Shown here in pieces: positions 12,365 to 26,619 of a DNA stretch of 64,000 nucleotides. The notes below the pieces were generated by a model that worked only from the letters and a program-made list of their open reading frames with translations, had not been told where the DNA came from and searched no databases. Within the stretch, counting starts at the first letter, position 1; every line of letters begins with the position of its first letter. The stretch is from Octopus vulgaris (Eukaryota): the NCBI GenBank assembly GCA_951406725.2, contig OX597832.1, positions 58,094,001 to 58,158,000 of the forward strand, in the 5' to 3' direction. Made by a program: the position numbers and the translations under genes.

Positions 12365-13980
12365 AAGCGGCGAGCTGGCAGAATCGTTAGCACGCCAGAC
12401 AAAAAATTAAGCAGCATTTCATCCATCTTTACTTTTCTTCCATCTTTACGTTCTGAGTTCAAATTCCACCGAAGTCGACTGTCTTTCATCCTTTCGGGGT
12501 CGGTGTAATAAGTACCAATGAAACACTGGGGTTGATGTAATCGACCAGCTCCCTCTCTTAAGTTTCAACCCTTGGGCCCATTGTAGAAAGAATTATTATT
12601 ATTATTATTGCGATGAGCTGGTAGAATCGTTAGCACGCCGAGCAAAATGCCTGACGGCACTTCGTTCATCCTTATGCTCCGATTTCAAATTCCGCCAAGG
12701 TCGATGTCGATAAAATAAGTACCAGTTGCACACTTGGGTCGATATAATCCACTATCTCCCTCCCCCGAAAAAGCTGGCCTTCTGCCAAAATCATTATTAC
12801 TATTATTATAGAATTGTTCGCACGTCGGACAAAGCGCTAAGCAGTATTTCTTTCGTCCTTTATATTTCTGCGTTCGAATTCCGCCGAGGTCGACTTTTCC
12901 TTTTATCCTTTCGGGGTCGATAAAATAAGCCGAGGTTGATGCTATCGACTAGCCTCCTTCCCTTAAATTTTTGGGCCTTTTGCCTATAGTAAACAGAAAT
13001 GGTTAAGGATTTCGTTTTACGACTACGAGGTCCCGTGTTCAATCTCTTTTTTAAAAATAAAATTTCTTCATTTAAAGCTTTTTTTTTTATCCCGAGCAAA
13101 TATCATTTGCCCTAGCTTCGTCTTGGCCCATACGTTAAGTGAAATTGAGTTGATGGAAACTGCATAGAAGCCCGCTGGTCGGATTGTACCCGTAACTGAA
13201 ACGGCTACAGCCTCGTCACGCCCTGTGCCACTCTGATACTATATCACAATCACGTTAAGGGTAAACATATCCATGGAATACTCAGCCACGTGAGATGTTT
13301 ATTTAGGAGCGGGTAATTCAGTTGCTTAAAGGTGGTAAGCTAGAGAATCGTAAGCACGTCGGACAAAAGTCTTAGCGGCAATTTATCCGGTTCTTTACGT
13401 TCTGAGTTAAAATCCCACCAAGGTCATTTTTGGTTTTCAGCCCTTTGGGGTTTGGGGTTGATAAAAGTACAATTCAAACACAGGAGTCAATGTAATCGAC
13501 TTGTGCCCTCCCCATCGAAATTGCTGGTCTAGATCCCCGCAACAGACAAGAGTCCTGCTTAGAGGTAATGTTGTGATCCCAGTGACTTATGCTACACGAC
13601 AAATGCGTAAACGGCCTTACGAGACTTAGGGATGAAGAAAAAAAAAATCTGTTCATCGAATTGAATTCTCATTGTCAAACGACGGAGATCCATCGTACAG
13701 GAAGATGACACATAAAGCCCAAACCTCTATAAGATTTGAACTCAGAATAGAACTATGGATATTGGTCTCAGCAGTTGACACAAAGCCATACATTTTGGGC
13801 AGAATGGTATCGTTGATTAGATCGACTAAACTTCCAAGCCGGTATTTTATTTTATTGAACCCGGATGAATGAAAGGCGAACCGACACACCGGCACAGCGG
13901 GATTTGAATTCATAAAGAAGATGCAACGAGCCACCACAAGACATTTTGTTTGATACCCTACCGACTCTGCTAACAGTCAC
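12365..13980. mobile_element. Cluster of decayed family B SINEs (+: ~12365-12595, 12610-12790, 12810-12990, 13330-13530; -: ~13785-13980)
   Basis: Repeated GAGCTGG.AGAATCGTTAGCACG heads and TTTCGGGGTCGATAAAATAAG cores. Confidence 0.7.
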
Positions 13981-14799
13981 ACTAATTTTGTCACCGTTTT
14001 CATCTTTTATTCTCTGCACCTTTTGTTCTTCACAAATCCTTCTTCTTCTCTTCTACAATCACACACTCTTCCTCTCCTCCATTCTCCTTCTTCCTCCATA
14101 CCTTTGCATCCGCATCCTTCTCAGTTCTTCCTCTCTGTATTTCAATCCCTTCCGCTATCCATCAACTACTCCAGAAATTCCTTTGGATTCTCCAGCCTCT
14201 CTATTTATTATTACACACTACTTTGAACATCTCCCAACACATCCTTTCTCTCTTCTTTCCATATCTCTCCTAGACTTTCTCACCCTTATCTCTCAGTCTC
14301 TCTCTCTCTCTGGTTCTCACAACTGCTCCGGGAAGCCCGCTTCATAGAGTCAATCTATCATACATTCTCATAATTTACTGTCAATATTCAACCTTTCCTC
14401 TCTTTCTCTCTCTTTCGCTTTTGTTTTCTTTCTCATCTTTACCATTTTTGTTACGCCACTTACGATACCCTCTCTCTCGCTTCTCCCCCTTACACTCACA
14501 AACACACACAATGAATTCTCTCACATAGCTACATCAACGAGCCTACATCATTAAATCCTATCCGTCATTCTCTCCCTTACATTCACTGTCAATCTACTTG
14601 TTCCTCATTGCTCTATTTCTCTTTCCTCCCTCTCTCTAACACCCTCATTCTCTTTCCACTCCTCTCTCTCTGTGTAACACCCTCATTCTGTTTTCACCCA
14701 CTCTCTTCTATTATTCGTTCTCCCTTTGACATCTGCCCTAACCCCAACACTCCTCAATTCTTTACTTCTGCCTCAATCCAAACCTGAATTCGTGCTTCC

Positions 14800-15100
14800 T
14801 TTTAGTCTATCTACCTGTCTATCGATTTCTCAGTGTACCAACCCACCTCTCAAATTATCTATTCATCTACACCTCTCTTCAATTATCTGTCTATCCATCT
14901 ACCTCTCTCTCAAATCATCTATCTATCCATCTACCTCTCTCTCAAATCATCTATCTATCTACCTACCCCTCTCTCAAATCATCTATCTATCTACCTACCT
15001 CTCTCTCAAATCATCTATCTATCTACCTACCCCTCTCTCTCTCTCTCTCAAATCATCTATCTACCTACCTACCTCTCTCTCCAATCATCTACCTACCTTC
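14800..15100. repeat. Pyrimidine-rich minisatellite, ~27-31 bp unit CTCTCTCAAATCATCTATCTATCTACCTAC
   Basis: About 7 diverged tandem units within a longer C/T-rich tract (~14000-15750). Confidence 0.8.
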
Positions 15101-15829
15101 CCCCTTTTATCTCCAAAATTTCTCTTCGAGAACTCCCATTTTTCTGATCTTCCTCTTTCACTTGCTTCATACCCTTATCTGTCTTTTTCCAATTAAGGCA
15201 TCACATTCTCTCACTACAAACTCCCTTCTCCGACCCCAACTTCCCCGATCTCTATTCTATTCTCCGCCTTCCACCACCACCTATCCCCTCCCCTATTTCT
15301 CTTCTTTTGCTCCTCCTCCACCTCTACTCTCCAATCGCTTCGTTCACTATTTACCCTCACCTCCCAAATTTCGAACTCCCACTCTTTCACTTGCCCCTTA
15401 TTGTTCCATACCCCTCCTACCCCCGTATACCAATCGTTTAGTCTCCCCCTCCTTTATGCTCTTTCTTTCTCTCTCTCACCCCTTCATTCTTTCTTTCATA
15501 CGCTTATGACTTTGCGTTCGCCCTCCTATATTTCCGCATTTAGCCCATCCGTCATCTCTAATCTTTCTAATCCGTCATTTCTAATCTTCGTCACCCATCT
15601 ACATTATATTTTCTCCATTCTTTACATACAAATATACACCCTCTCAAGTAAAAATCCATTACCAACTGTTATACATCCTTTCCAGCATTCTACGCACCAC
15701 CAGTCGCTACTATACACTCCTTCGAACCCTTTATACACAACCAGTCAATTTACACTATAAATATATTTAATTTTCAAGAAATTAACAAATCCTGAAGAAT
15801 TAAAAAATGATTAAAGAATAAAAATTAGT

Positions 15830-15981
15830 AGGCACAGTGGTAAGTAGCTTGCTTACCAACCACATGGTTCCGGGTTCAGTCCCACTGCATGGCACCTTGG
15901 GCAAGTGTCTTCTACCATAGCCTCAAGCCAACCAAAGCCTTGTGAGCGGATTTGGTAGGCGGAATCTGAAAGAAGCCCGTC

Positions 15982-16065
<84 letters not shown>

Positions 16066-16192
16066 ACGTCCCCGTAACTTAGCGGTTCAGCAAAGGGACC
16101 GATAGAATAAGTACTAGGCTTACAAAGAATAAGTCCTGGGGTCGTTTTGCTCGACTAAAGGCGGGACTCCAGCATGGCCACAGTCAAATGAG
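15830..16192 (+). mobile_element. SINE family A
   Basis: Same head, body and 3' part as 1870-2232. Confidence 0.85.
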
Positions 16193-16641
16193 ATATATTT
16201 AATCTTCAAGAAATTAACAAAATCTGAATAATTAAAAAATGAATAAAACAATAGTTAAATAAATAAAAATCGCTCAGTTATTCAGAGATGCAACACATTT
16301 GAAAAATAGTAAATTTAGTCTTAATATATTTGATACAATGAACGCCACAGAAGAATTGAAAATAATTTTGCGGTGAGGAAAAGACAATTAAGTCAATGAT
16401 GGAGTATGAAAATAATAATCGCAAATAAGGGAGACAATTCAAGACATGTTTTAATATCAGACCTCTTTGGAAAATCGTACACGTCATTGAAATAGTCATG
16501 AGAGAATCAATAGGCAAAAATACAATACTGTACAAAAGTCAGCCTGAAAACTTCACAAAAGCCAAAAAGAAAAATGGTTATTTACTCAGAGACGCAATCC
16601 TCTTGAAGAAAGAGAGACAAAACAATGTTAATGTTATTATA

Positions 16642-16865
16642 TATTTCTTTACTACCCACAAGGGGCTAAACATAGAGGGGACAAACAAGGACAGACAAAC
16701 GGATTAAGTCGATTAGATCGACCCCAGAGCGAAACTGGTACTTTATTTATCGACCCCGAAAGGATGAAAGGCAAAGTCGACCTCGGCGGAATTTGAACTC
16801 AGAACGTAACGACAGACGAAATACCGCTAGGCATTTCGTCCGGCGCGCTAACGTTTCTGCCAGCT
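16642..16865 (-). mobile_element. Family B SINE, near full length
   Basis: CGACCCCGAAAGGATGAAAGGCAAAGTCGACCTCGGCGGAATTTGAACTC on the + strand. Confidence 0.85.
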
Positions 16866-17934
16866 GAGGTACCCGGAAACACCCGGGAGCGGGGATATTC
16901 CCAGTGCCCATTACAATGCCCAATTTCTTTCAAACGAAAAAAATGAGATCAAAACATAGGACATATGATAAAAAGCATAAGCAAATTCATTCACGAAACA
17001 ATAATACAAATAAATACGTGTAGAAGCGGTAAATGACAATCGTTTGGTCCGCAAGGTTAACTTCCGGGCTACAGCTGGGGCTTATGAACATCTGTGTGGC
17101 TTGGAAGAACGTGAAAGGAAGCGTTTTACAGAACATAAAGCACGACCAGGTTCGGGAACCGAAACCATGATCTCACCATCTTGAGCGCAACTCTCAAAGC
17201 AAATAGGCCACACGTCTTCACAGAAACGGATTAACGTATAGCAAAAGTATTATAAAATTCTTGAACTGTAAATCTGACCCCTTTCGGGTTTGTTAATAAC
17301 ACAGTAATTAATATTTTACTGTAGGCGTTAGCACTTCAATCTGCCATCACTTTTGAATAATACTTTTTCAATTGTTACGCATGCGTTTTGTCTTGATTCT
17401 GCTTTCTGATCTTCAAGTGTAATCGAGATAATATCTTGAATTTCATTCTTTATTCCGACACTATTCTTTGTTGATATCCGCTTTCTTTTTCATAAGCGGA
17501 CTGATGGTGCAAGCCTTAAGTGACATTGTGCACTCAACGTTGCCCAATCCGCTTTTCACCATTAATCCTTCTTCGTAGAAAGGTCAGCACCTTCATTAAA
17601 TGTAATGTATCTGGCTTGATCCTCATTAACATGGGAAATATATGGCTTCTGCAATCTTTACAAACATGATAAGCTTTTGTAGCCTGAACGTTAAAAGTTA
17701 TTATCTGAGAAAATCCACGCTTTTGTAATTGGTCGTGCATTATTTGTTCTGAACAAAAAAAAAGAAAATAATTCTTCGATAAGGTCATAAACTGTGACGA
17801 AAGGACTTCGACAGACTCATCGATTAATGAATTGATTAATTATTTAACCGATTCGTTATAAAACTGTTGTGAAACGTAAACGGTGCGCGTGATTTTATTC
17901 ACGATGCCAACCTCCCAAAATATAATAATAATAA

Positions 17935-18135
17935 TCTTTTCTACTATAGGCACAAGGCCTGAAATTTGTGGGGAGAAGGATAGTTGATTACATCAATCGA
18001 TCCGAGTTCATGACTGGTGATTAATTTATCGACCGCGAACTGATGAAAGGCAAAGTCGACCTCGCTGGAATTTGAACCCAGAATAGTGATCTCAAATTTT
18101 GTCCGGCGTGCTAACGATTCTGCTAGCTCGCTGCT
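17935..18135 (-). mobile_element. Family B SINE between (AAT)n tracts
   Basis: Reverse complement of head, core and tail. Confidence 0.8.
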
Positions 18136-19134
18136 TTTACTATAATAATAATAATAATAATAATAATAAATGAACACAGAGCAAACGGTGAGGGCAAACA
18201 ATGTCCAGTGTTTGTCTATTCTTTTGATGTATTTGTCGTTGTTCAAGCTTTGCTACTATAGGACCGAAGGACGGACTTTTTCTATGTAGTCTTTAAAGGT
18301 AGCAGTTTGATTTGATCAATAAACGAAGAATACATAATAGAGTAAAGTTGAAAATAATGATCTTCGTTTCATTAGAACAATTTTTCTGAGGAAACCAAAT
18401 CCAGCATTTTTCGACTCGATAATATCGGGTTGGACACTTTTGAGATTTCCTTTTCTTTATAAGTTTAAAATTAGGAATATCCATCGTTGTTGAAATATGT
18501 GGAAAACAATATGTTAGAAAATTTTAATTGTTTTAAACAAAAATAAATAATTTAAATTTCTGGATTTTAGCTTGCTTTGTGCCTTCAAATTGAGATGAAG
18601 AAAATCATAGGGTCACCCTCGTGACATACATGGAATGTCAGATATTTAAACCTGCCGGATCCGCTCCCTTTCTAGATCTGACCACATCGGATTTCTTCTT
18701 GAGAGAGAGAAAGAGAGAATCGTTCTCAGTACTAGAGTGGTCGACCCCCGCAAGAATGAGTGCACATTTGACTCCGGAGAGATTTGAAATCAGTGACACA
18801 GATCAAATATCAACGGGCGTTCTATCCGGCGCTCTAACAGCCATGCCAACTCTACATGTTATTGACCTTAGGTACATATCTGTTGAAAAGCAGAAAAGGT
18901 CAGAATGATTTTTCTTCCTTTTTTTCCCTTTCCTTGTTACAGTCATTGGACTGCGGCCCAACTGGGCCATCGATTTAAAGGGTTCAGTCGAACAAGTCAA
19001 CCACAGTACTCATTTTTAATTTTGGTTCTTATTCTGTCGTTCATGTTTTGTCGAATCACTAATTGTATGAGGACGTAAACAAACTAACAACTGTTGTCCA
19101 GCGGTGGCGGAACATGCAAGCGCACAGGAGAATC

Positions 19135-19292
19135 ACTTAATGATTTTGTTCAACATATTTCCTTAGGTTTACACACTTATTGCAACAGTCCTTCAGTTTT
19201 TCTAAGTCCTGTAAAAGAACTCGGAAGGTTGAATCTCCAAACAGGCCTTTTGCGACACCCTTAAAGCCAGAAACTTTCCAGCACCCTTACGT
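19135..19292. mobile_element. Mariner-like MITE remnant (one end)
   Basis: CCCTTAAAGCCAGAAACTTTCCAGCACCCTTACG resembles a decayed mariner TIR ending in CCCCTCGTA. Confidence 0.4.
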
Positions 19293-19304
19293 GTGTAAGT
19301 GTTA

Positions 19305-19641
19305 CATATATTATAGTCTGGGGAGAGTCATTCTCTTTTAGTGCCTTATTACTTAATACTCACCGGTTCAATTTCCAATAATTTTTTTTCTAAAATTTTC
19401 GTTGTGTCTTGCAACCTTTTCAATAATGGTTGACTTTGTCCGTTATCAGAGCTGCCTTGATAAAGGGCAGAATCAACGACTATTGAAAAGGTTGCAAGAA
19501 AATTTAAGAAAAAAAAAAAAAAAGTGGAAATCGAACCGGTGCGTTATAAGGCACTAAAAGAGAATGATTCTTCTCAGAAATAAAAATATGCTTCAACACA
19601 CAATTTCACAAAGAATCTTGCAAACCAAATAGAAAAACGAT
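19305..19641 (+). mobile_element. Fold-back non-autonomous DNA element with one-sided tail (unclassified)
   Basis: 19305-19590 is almost entirely palindromic (TCATTCTCTTTTAGTGCCTTAT/ATAAGGCACTAAAAGAGAATGA; TCTTGCAACCTTTTCAATA/TATTGAAAAGGTTGCAAGA). Tail 19591-19641 resembles 56931-56987 on the minus strand. Confidence 0.75.
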
Positions 19642-19687
19642 ATATTATTACACACACACATACACACACACACTATATATATATATA

Positions 19688-20188
19688 CCGTAAATCCTCG
19701 AGTATAGTCCTCCCTTGAGTATAATACGCAGGGGACTTTTAGGGGGCTGTACCTCTGAAAAACCTAAGACTTGTGTATAATACGCACCCCTTCTCTAACT
19801 TGCGCCAAAGAGGTCTATATAACGTTCTTGGTTTGTAAAAATGTATACGGTAACGTCCTTTATTATTATTGTATATATAACATAATGCGAATGTGTAGCT
19901 TTTTTGTGCATTTTGTTTGCAGAAAATAACTAATAACTTTTAATAAATGTTGCTTCCTGCAAGTTATGGGTGATTCTTTTATGACTTCATTGCTTTCAGG
20001 CTGAGCTTAAGGTATTTTCACGTCCGACATCACAAAATGCGTCTGAATAAACATTGCCGGACAACAAATAGAGACTCGGACATTGCTTAGAAAATAATTT
20101 TCATTTCTAACCTCGCATATAGTACGCACTAGGGATTTTGACCTTTAAATTTTGGGGAAAAATGCGGATTATACTCAAGGATTTACGG
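19688..20188. mobile_element. pogo/Tigger-like (Tc1/mariner superfamily) MITE
   Basis: TA|CCGTAAATCCTCGAGTATAGTCC ... GGATTATACTCAAGGATTTACGG|TG; subterminal GTATAATACGCA repeats. Confidence 0.8.
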
Positions 20189-20192
20189 TGTA

Positions 20193-20250
<58 letters not shown>

Positions 20251-21607
20251 TATATACATACACGTATACACCGATACACACAAGGCTTCACACAGTTTCT
20301 GTCTAGCAATTCACTCAAAAAGACATGTCAGTCCGGTAGTTACAGCAGAAGACCCTTGCCCAAAGTGCCGCGCAGCGGGATTGAACTCTCAATCGCGCAG
20401 CATTGCCAGAGTCAGGTTTACCTTGATTCTTTATAATATCAAACTATTCGTCCCACTTTGTTCTGAGTTCAAATCACAGCAAATAACTTTAGACTTTCTT
20501 CACTTCCCTCACAAAATGCCTTTTGTGGTGAGATAGTAACCCATTTGACTGAATCAATCTTTTTTTTTTTTTTTTAGGAAATGTAGTATTTCTTATGCAG
20601 ACGTTACGAAATCGTTATATAACAAACGCAATGAAATATAGCTTAGACTGATTATTAAAAATGATATCTAGCTGAATTATCATTGTAAATTAATCTCGAT
20701 TTTCTGTGGTGTGCTTGGAAATCAAAATATCCCCATAGCGAATTCCATACATAATAATTTAAAATATTTCTTGAAATTAATGAGAATATAATCTGAAACT
20801 TTTTATTGAAATTATTTAGTTCTCATACTTCCTATGTTATGAATTCAAGTTTGTATTTCGTTCTTTTAGGATTGATAAGATAATGTATCAGTCAAATACT
20901 GAGGCCAATGTAATTGATTAAACCTCCCCCCACCTCTTTCTCCATAATTACTGGCTTTGTGCCAATATTTGAAACCATTATTAAGTTCTGTTTCCGTTGT
21001 GTCGTATTCGCCTTCCTCTCCCATACTTGGTTATCTCACCATCTTTTTAAATATCTTTCTGGCGACTGAGGTACTTAAGAACCACACATAAATGCAGGAA
21101 TCTTCCGGCAGTCGCTCGATCTGCTATAAGCAACAGCCAAATCTCCATCAAATCGCAGGTTCTCGTCGTAAAATAGGAAAGAGACAATGACAGACCTGAA
21201 GAAAAATGTCTGTTTTCTAGAACTACATTATCCCGAAGAAACACGAAGAACTTATTGAAAATTAGTCTCAGAAACTCTGAGAATGGAAAATAAAATAAAT
21301 GGACGATAACATTACCCTTCGATTATCATGGATTATAGATCTGTTCCTTCTGGGTAACTTACTACTAAATTATTCGATTTTTTTAAATGATATTTTCTTG
21401 AACAAAAAGGTTTTGTAGATGAATGGTAAATACTTCTGCTTTATTGACCAGGTCTGTTCTTAAAGTAGTCCTCGAGCAATGTTTCTCAATGTGGGAGCGT
21501 AGCGGTATATTGATGAGTGTGGGCATAAGTGGGGCATAAGTGAGTAAAGAGTAATAACGAACAATAACATTTTAATTATACATCTTCTGACCACCACCTC
21601 ACGCACG

Positions 21608-21640
<33 letters not shown>

Positions 21641-21712
21641 ATTAGATATGTACATATATACACAAGGGTACTACATGAGTACCTATATCGCTAATGATAG
21701 AAGTAAAAAAAT

Positions 21713-22100
21713 ACTTCTGTACTGAACACAGAGGGGACAAACAAAGACAGACAAACGGATTAAGTCGATTACATCGACCCCAGTGCGTAACTGGTAGTTA
21801 TTTAATCGATCCTGAAAGAATGAAAGGCAAAGTCGACCTCGGCAGAATCTGAACTCAGAACGTAAAGACAGACGAAATACCTGTTTCTTTATTACCCACA
21901 AGAGGCTAAACACAGAGAGGACAAACAATGACAGATAAACGGATTAAGTCGATTACATCGACCCCAGTGCGTAACTGGTACTTAATTTATCGACCCCGAA
22001 AGGATGAAACGCAAAATCGACCTCGGCGGAATTTGAACTCAGAACGAAACACCGCTTGGCATTTCGCTCGGCGTGCTAACGTTTGTACCAGCTCGCCGCC
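21713..22100 (-). mobile_element. Head-to-tail dimer of family B SINE
   Basis: Two consecutive reverse-complement bodies; junction GACGAAATACC|TGTTTCTTTATTACCCAC. Confidence 0.85.
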
Positions 22101-22284
22101 TTATGGATACGCCGATAATGAAAACTCCATGTGATCGAATGATCAGGTAAAGGCAACAGATATCAGATAAGAAAAAAAGCCGAGGCATTGGTTAATGTGT
22201 TCTATCAGCTTGAGAAGATTCATTTCCAATTTTGCGCAAAACATCTTTTTCTTTACTGAAATTAGGTGGCGTAACTAGGAAGTA

Positions 22285-22882
22285 CGATGAGTTGTATATT
22301 TATTTTTGATACGTTCAGATAGTTTCGAACATGTATATACTAATCGATTTTCTGTTTCGTCACAGCCAAACAACTTCTGTACAACGAATACGTTTTCATA
22401 AAACACGAGAGTCATTAGTACAAAAGACTCTAGGACAGTCACTGTTTCGACATCCTTGTATCTCGTCAATGAAAGGCACTCCCGACCAATTAACCTTTAG
22501 TTTTACATTCGGAAGACAAACTGCTTGGTGATCCGTGCTGTTCTCTGTCAACCGATAATAAATTGTCATTTGCACGGTGAGCAAGAATCGAAACGATGAC
22601 TTGCATGTTTAGTTTTAATACGTTCCGACATGTTTGAACATGGATATGCTAATCGCTGTTGCGTTGCTTTACAAGTCCGCGGTGCGTCTGGTAGAGAAGA
22701 TTTCAAAAGAACCTATGTCTCAGAGTCCCTTGCCCTGATGAATCGAGTGGGTAATTAACAGATATTCATGAACACATAGTCATAAAGAAAAAGCTGTTAC
22801 CTTGTGATGAAAGACAACAGCGATTAGCACATTCACGTTCAAATCTGCCTAGACGTATTAAGAATCCATATGCAAATCATCG
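22285..22882. repeat. Three diverged ~75-bp copies: two direct (22285-22362, 22594-22672) and one inverted (22802-22882)
   Basis: Shared CGATGA.TTG.AT...TT.ATACGT......TTGAAC.TG.AT.T.CTAATCG pattern. Confidence 0.6.
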
Positions 22883-23980
22883 CTTTCACCCTATCTATTT
22901 ACCGTGCTTATGAAGTTTTTTTATTTTATCAAGAAAGTAGTTTTATTGAAAATTGATTGGTGGATTCTTAAAAAAGACTAGCCAATGATTAATGAAGAAT
23001 TTAGCAGACCATTAAAATATTCATATCACTGTTGAACGATCTTCTTTGAATCGTTAATCAGTATTTCGCATTGGAAGCAAAAGAATTTGCGAGAGGAACA
23101 TAATCTTACTTTATACGAGGGTAAATTTCTTTTATAAAATTCTTGCGCTATGTTATCGGAAAATACACACATTTAAAACATCTTTCGCTTTTCATGCCTC
23201 CGATTTCTTACCGAATCTTAAATTCAACACGTTTGCATATCAGGCCAATGAACTGTCATCATTGTCTACATAGAACTCTTTACAAGGATAAGCTTTTAAA
23301 TGTCTATTATTACCGTTAGAACCAATTGTTACTTTCGGATTTCAAAACGCGATCTTTCGAATTTTGGTAGACCTTTATTTTCACGATATTCATTTTCGTA
23401 GTTTCTACCAATACCTTTAAACTTTGCCTAGAAGGTGTTACAATTAGCTTTGCAGCTTTGATCTTTAAAACTGGAAAACTCTGCTAATTCTGGGTCCTGC
23501 ATTCAACGTTAGTTTAACGCGAGCAAATCATGAACCTTGTTGAAAGGTGGAGCGCTTTAAGCTCAAATATCTCACATCACTGAGATCTTCTCTTAAAGTC
23601 AAAAACATAATCATATGCCATTTCTAGGAATCTGGATAATCCAAGATGTGCACTAATGTATACAACTGTGTGTGTATGCATATGTGTGTGCATATATACG
23701 TATGTGTGTATATCTAATAATGCATTTATGCTTGTATTTATATATAAGGCATATACATATATACGCATCTCTCTCTCTCTATGCATATTTTAATTAGAAT
23801 CTTCTCGTTGTCCAATGTGCAGCGATTGGATAACATTAATACAACAGACACAAATACTCGAACACTGTCATACAAACACACACATATACACAATTAACCG
23901 AGCTCCCTAATTAACGACTAGAAAATTTTAATTAAGAGACAAGGGATTACAAATAATTCTTTTTATAAAACGTGTGAATG

Positions 23981-24012
<32 letters not shown>

Positions 24013-24014
<2 letters not shown>

Positions 24015-24205
24015 CGCAGGCATGGCTGTGTGGTAAGAAGCTGGCTTCCCAACCACACCACATGGTTTCGGGTTCAGTCCCGCTACGTGGCACCTTGGGC
24101 AAGTGTCTTCTACTATAGCCCCGGGCCGACCAAAGCCTTGTAAGTGGATTTGGTAGATGGAAACTGAAAGAAGACCTCATATATATCTTTTTGTGTCCCC
24201 CAACT
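24013..24205 (+). mobile_element. SINE family A, 5' half
   Basis: Head and CCTTGGGCAAGTGTCTTCTACTATAGCC body. Confidence 0.8.
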
Positions 24206-24231
24206 ATCGGTTATATATATATATATATATA

Positions 24232-24435
24232 TAAATAAATGTGACTTCGTGTGTACCGTTGGCGATTTTTTTTCCTCTGTATTCCCTTCACTGGATCTTT
24301 CCTTCTCCTATGTTTCCGACGAAGAGCTCCGCTCGAAACGTTAAACCCTCCTTCTTTCCTTAGCGTCTAATAACACTATATTTGTTCCACGTCCTCGCGT
24401 TGTTGTGTTTTTTTTGTGCTTTCTTGTTTGGATTA

Positions 24436-24440
<5 letters not shown>
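24232..24440 (+). mobile_element. Penelope-like pLTR-type fragment with hammerhead motif, inside (TA)n
   Basis: Flanked by TA runs on both sides; contains the motif at 24312-24346; architecture shared with 35390-35753 and 54325-54470. Confidence 0.6.
24312..24346 (+). ncRNA. Minimal hammerhead motif (core variant CCGACGA)
   Basis: GTTT-CCGACGA-A-GAGC-TCC-GCTC-GAA-ACGT-T-AAAC: stems I and II pair, palindromic ACGT in place of stem III. Confidence 0.65.
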
Positions 24441-24474
<34 letters not shown>

Positions 24475-24723
24475 ATAATTTTATATATATATAAAATTGC
24501 TATTATGTTAAACTGTCACATGTCCAAATGCGTTCTCTTTCAATATTTATTTTTGCTTGCAATAGCCGGTTCTTTTGGTCAAACTATCGTATCTCCAGCT
24601 GCTTCAGATGCCAAAAATTGTCAAAGTTTGGTACAACGGTTTTGCTATGGAATGGTGAAACTACTTTTTGCGTTTTGTGAAGAAGCAAGGTTTTGGACTT
24701 ACGAAGCTTCTGAATAATAGCAA

Positions 24724-24783
<60 letters not shown>

Positions 24784-26322
24784 TACATACATACATACAT
24801 ACATACTAGATAGACAGATAAATGAAATAAACATCAGAGATGCTTTGTTCCACGCAGAAACTGCAGGAGCTACTCGGAGGCTTTGCAATGCCGGTAACCC
24901 TTCTTTATCTTCAGCCGGTATCTCAGGGTCACAAGCGTTTCGCCCCTTAGTCTGTACATGTCACCTGACGGCGGGGACTGAGCGAGTCTTAACCTATGGA
25001 AAGTTTCACTTACCGTCTGTTATCAGCCATCGCCATCTTGAACTAGTTTCAGCTGCCGTAGCCATTTCCTTGATGAAATTTCTTCGGCTGTTTGGGTTTG
25101 CAGACTTATCTTCTGCAAGAAATAGTGTACAGATTGAATTAGAAAGCTGCAGCAGTATTTATGTGTGTGCTTGACTTGTATATATAAATGAAAGGAAAAT
25201 GCCAAAGAAGTAACTTAAAACCCATATAGGCCCATAAAAAACTTACTAGTATTTAGATTAAACGTTATGGTAAGCTTTCACAATCTGGAAGAGGAATGTA
25301 TGCAACTGTTACCTATGGTTGTCAACTACCTATTGAACATTTCGTATGGTCAGTCAGATGCTTCCCGGCTAGTTCATGTCCAAACAAGTAGTTTTTGCGT
25401 TGCAAAAATGCAAACAGGGTGAAAATGACCAGTGACAAATTTATATGTCTAGATATGCCACTGGCCATTCTGAGTTATTTCTCGTATAGGAAACAGACAG
25501 AACAAGCACAAGAGTTTAAAAAGTAAATATGTCTTGGGGTCAATTTGTTAGACCATACCCTTCAAGGCGGTGCCCCAGCATGGCCGTAGTTCACTGGCTA
25601 AAAGAAGTTAACGATAAAAAGAAAGCGTGAAAGATAAATACATAAATAGATGAGTTGGATATAATCGTTTTAGCTATAGATGGAAACCGTCATGCAGAAC
25701 AGGCAGACATGTTATGTTAACGCTGGGGCAATATGGTTCTCACTATCTATCTATCGGTGTGGTTTTGTATTAAGAATCTTGCTTTTCATCCACGTTTCTG
25801 GGTTCAGTCCCACTGCGTGGCACCATGGGCACGTGTCTTCATGTATGTATTTGTGCCTGTGTTTGTTCCCCCACCATCACTTGACAAGCGATGTTGGTCT
25901 GCTTACGTCCTCGTAACTTAGCAATTCACCATAAGAGACCGATATAATAAGTACTAGTCTTTAAAAAAAAATAAGCCCTTGTGTCGATTTATTCAACTAA
26001 ACCCCTCTCAAGGCAGTATCGGAGCTAGGCTGCAGGAAAATAACTGAAACAAACCAAAGATATATATATATTTATATATATCCCACACAGACGCAGCTTT
26101 AAAAATCTAGTAAACAAAACTTCAAATAAATCGTACCGAGAGGATATTCGAAATGATTAAAGGTAAAACGAGAATAATATTTACTTTACATAAAACGAAG
26201 CGTAATATCAACTCTAGAGAGGGTTGTTGAGTAATTATACTCTAGGTTTAGTAAACAAATGCATTCAACCATTAACTCATGCAAATGAATACACAGACAT
26301 AGATATAGAGGAACATAAGACC

Positions 26323-26381
<59 letters not shown>

Positions 26382-26619
26382 GTACATACATATGCATTTC
26401 AGCTTATACGATTATTATAAATAAATGTATACATGCATGTACGTGTATACAATTTTAAGTGTATATAGAAGTATATTAAATTGTGAGTGTATATACACGT
26501 ACCCGCTGTATATCTTCTGTTATTCTCTAATTAATTCCAGGCCATGGGCTGTGAACTGCAGAAGCGCCGCCTATAGGACTGGTACTGCGTCTACAGTAGT
26601 TAATATTTACTAACTGTAA

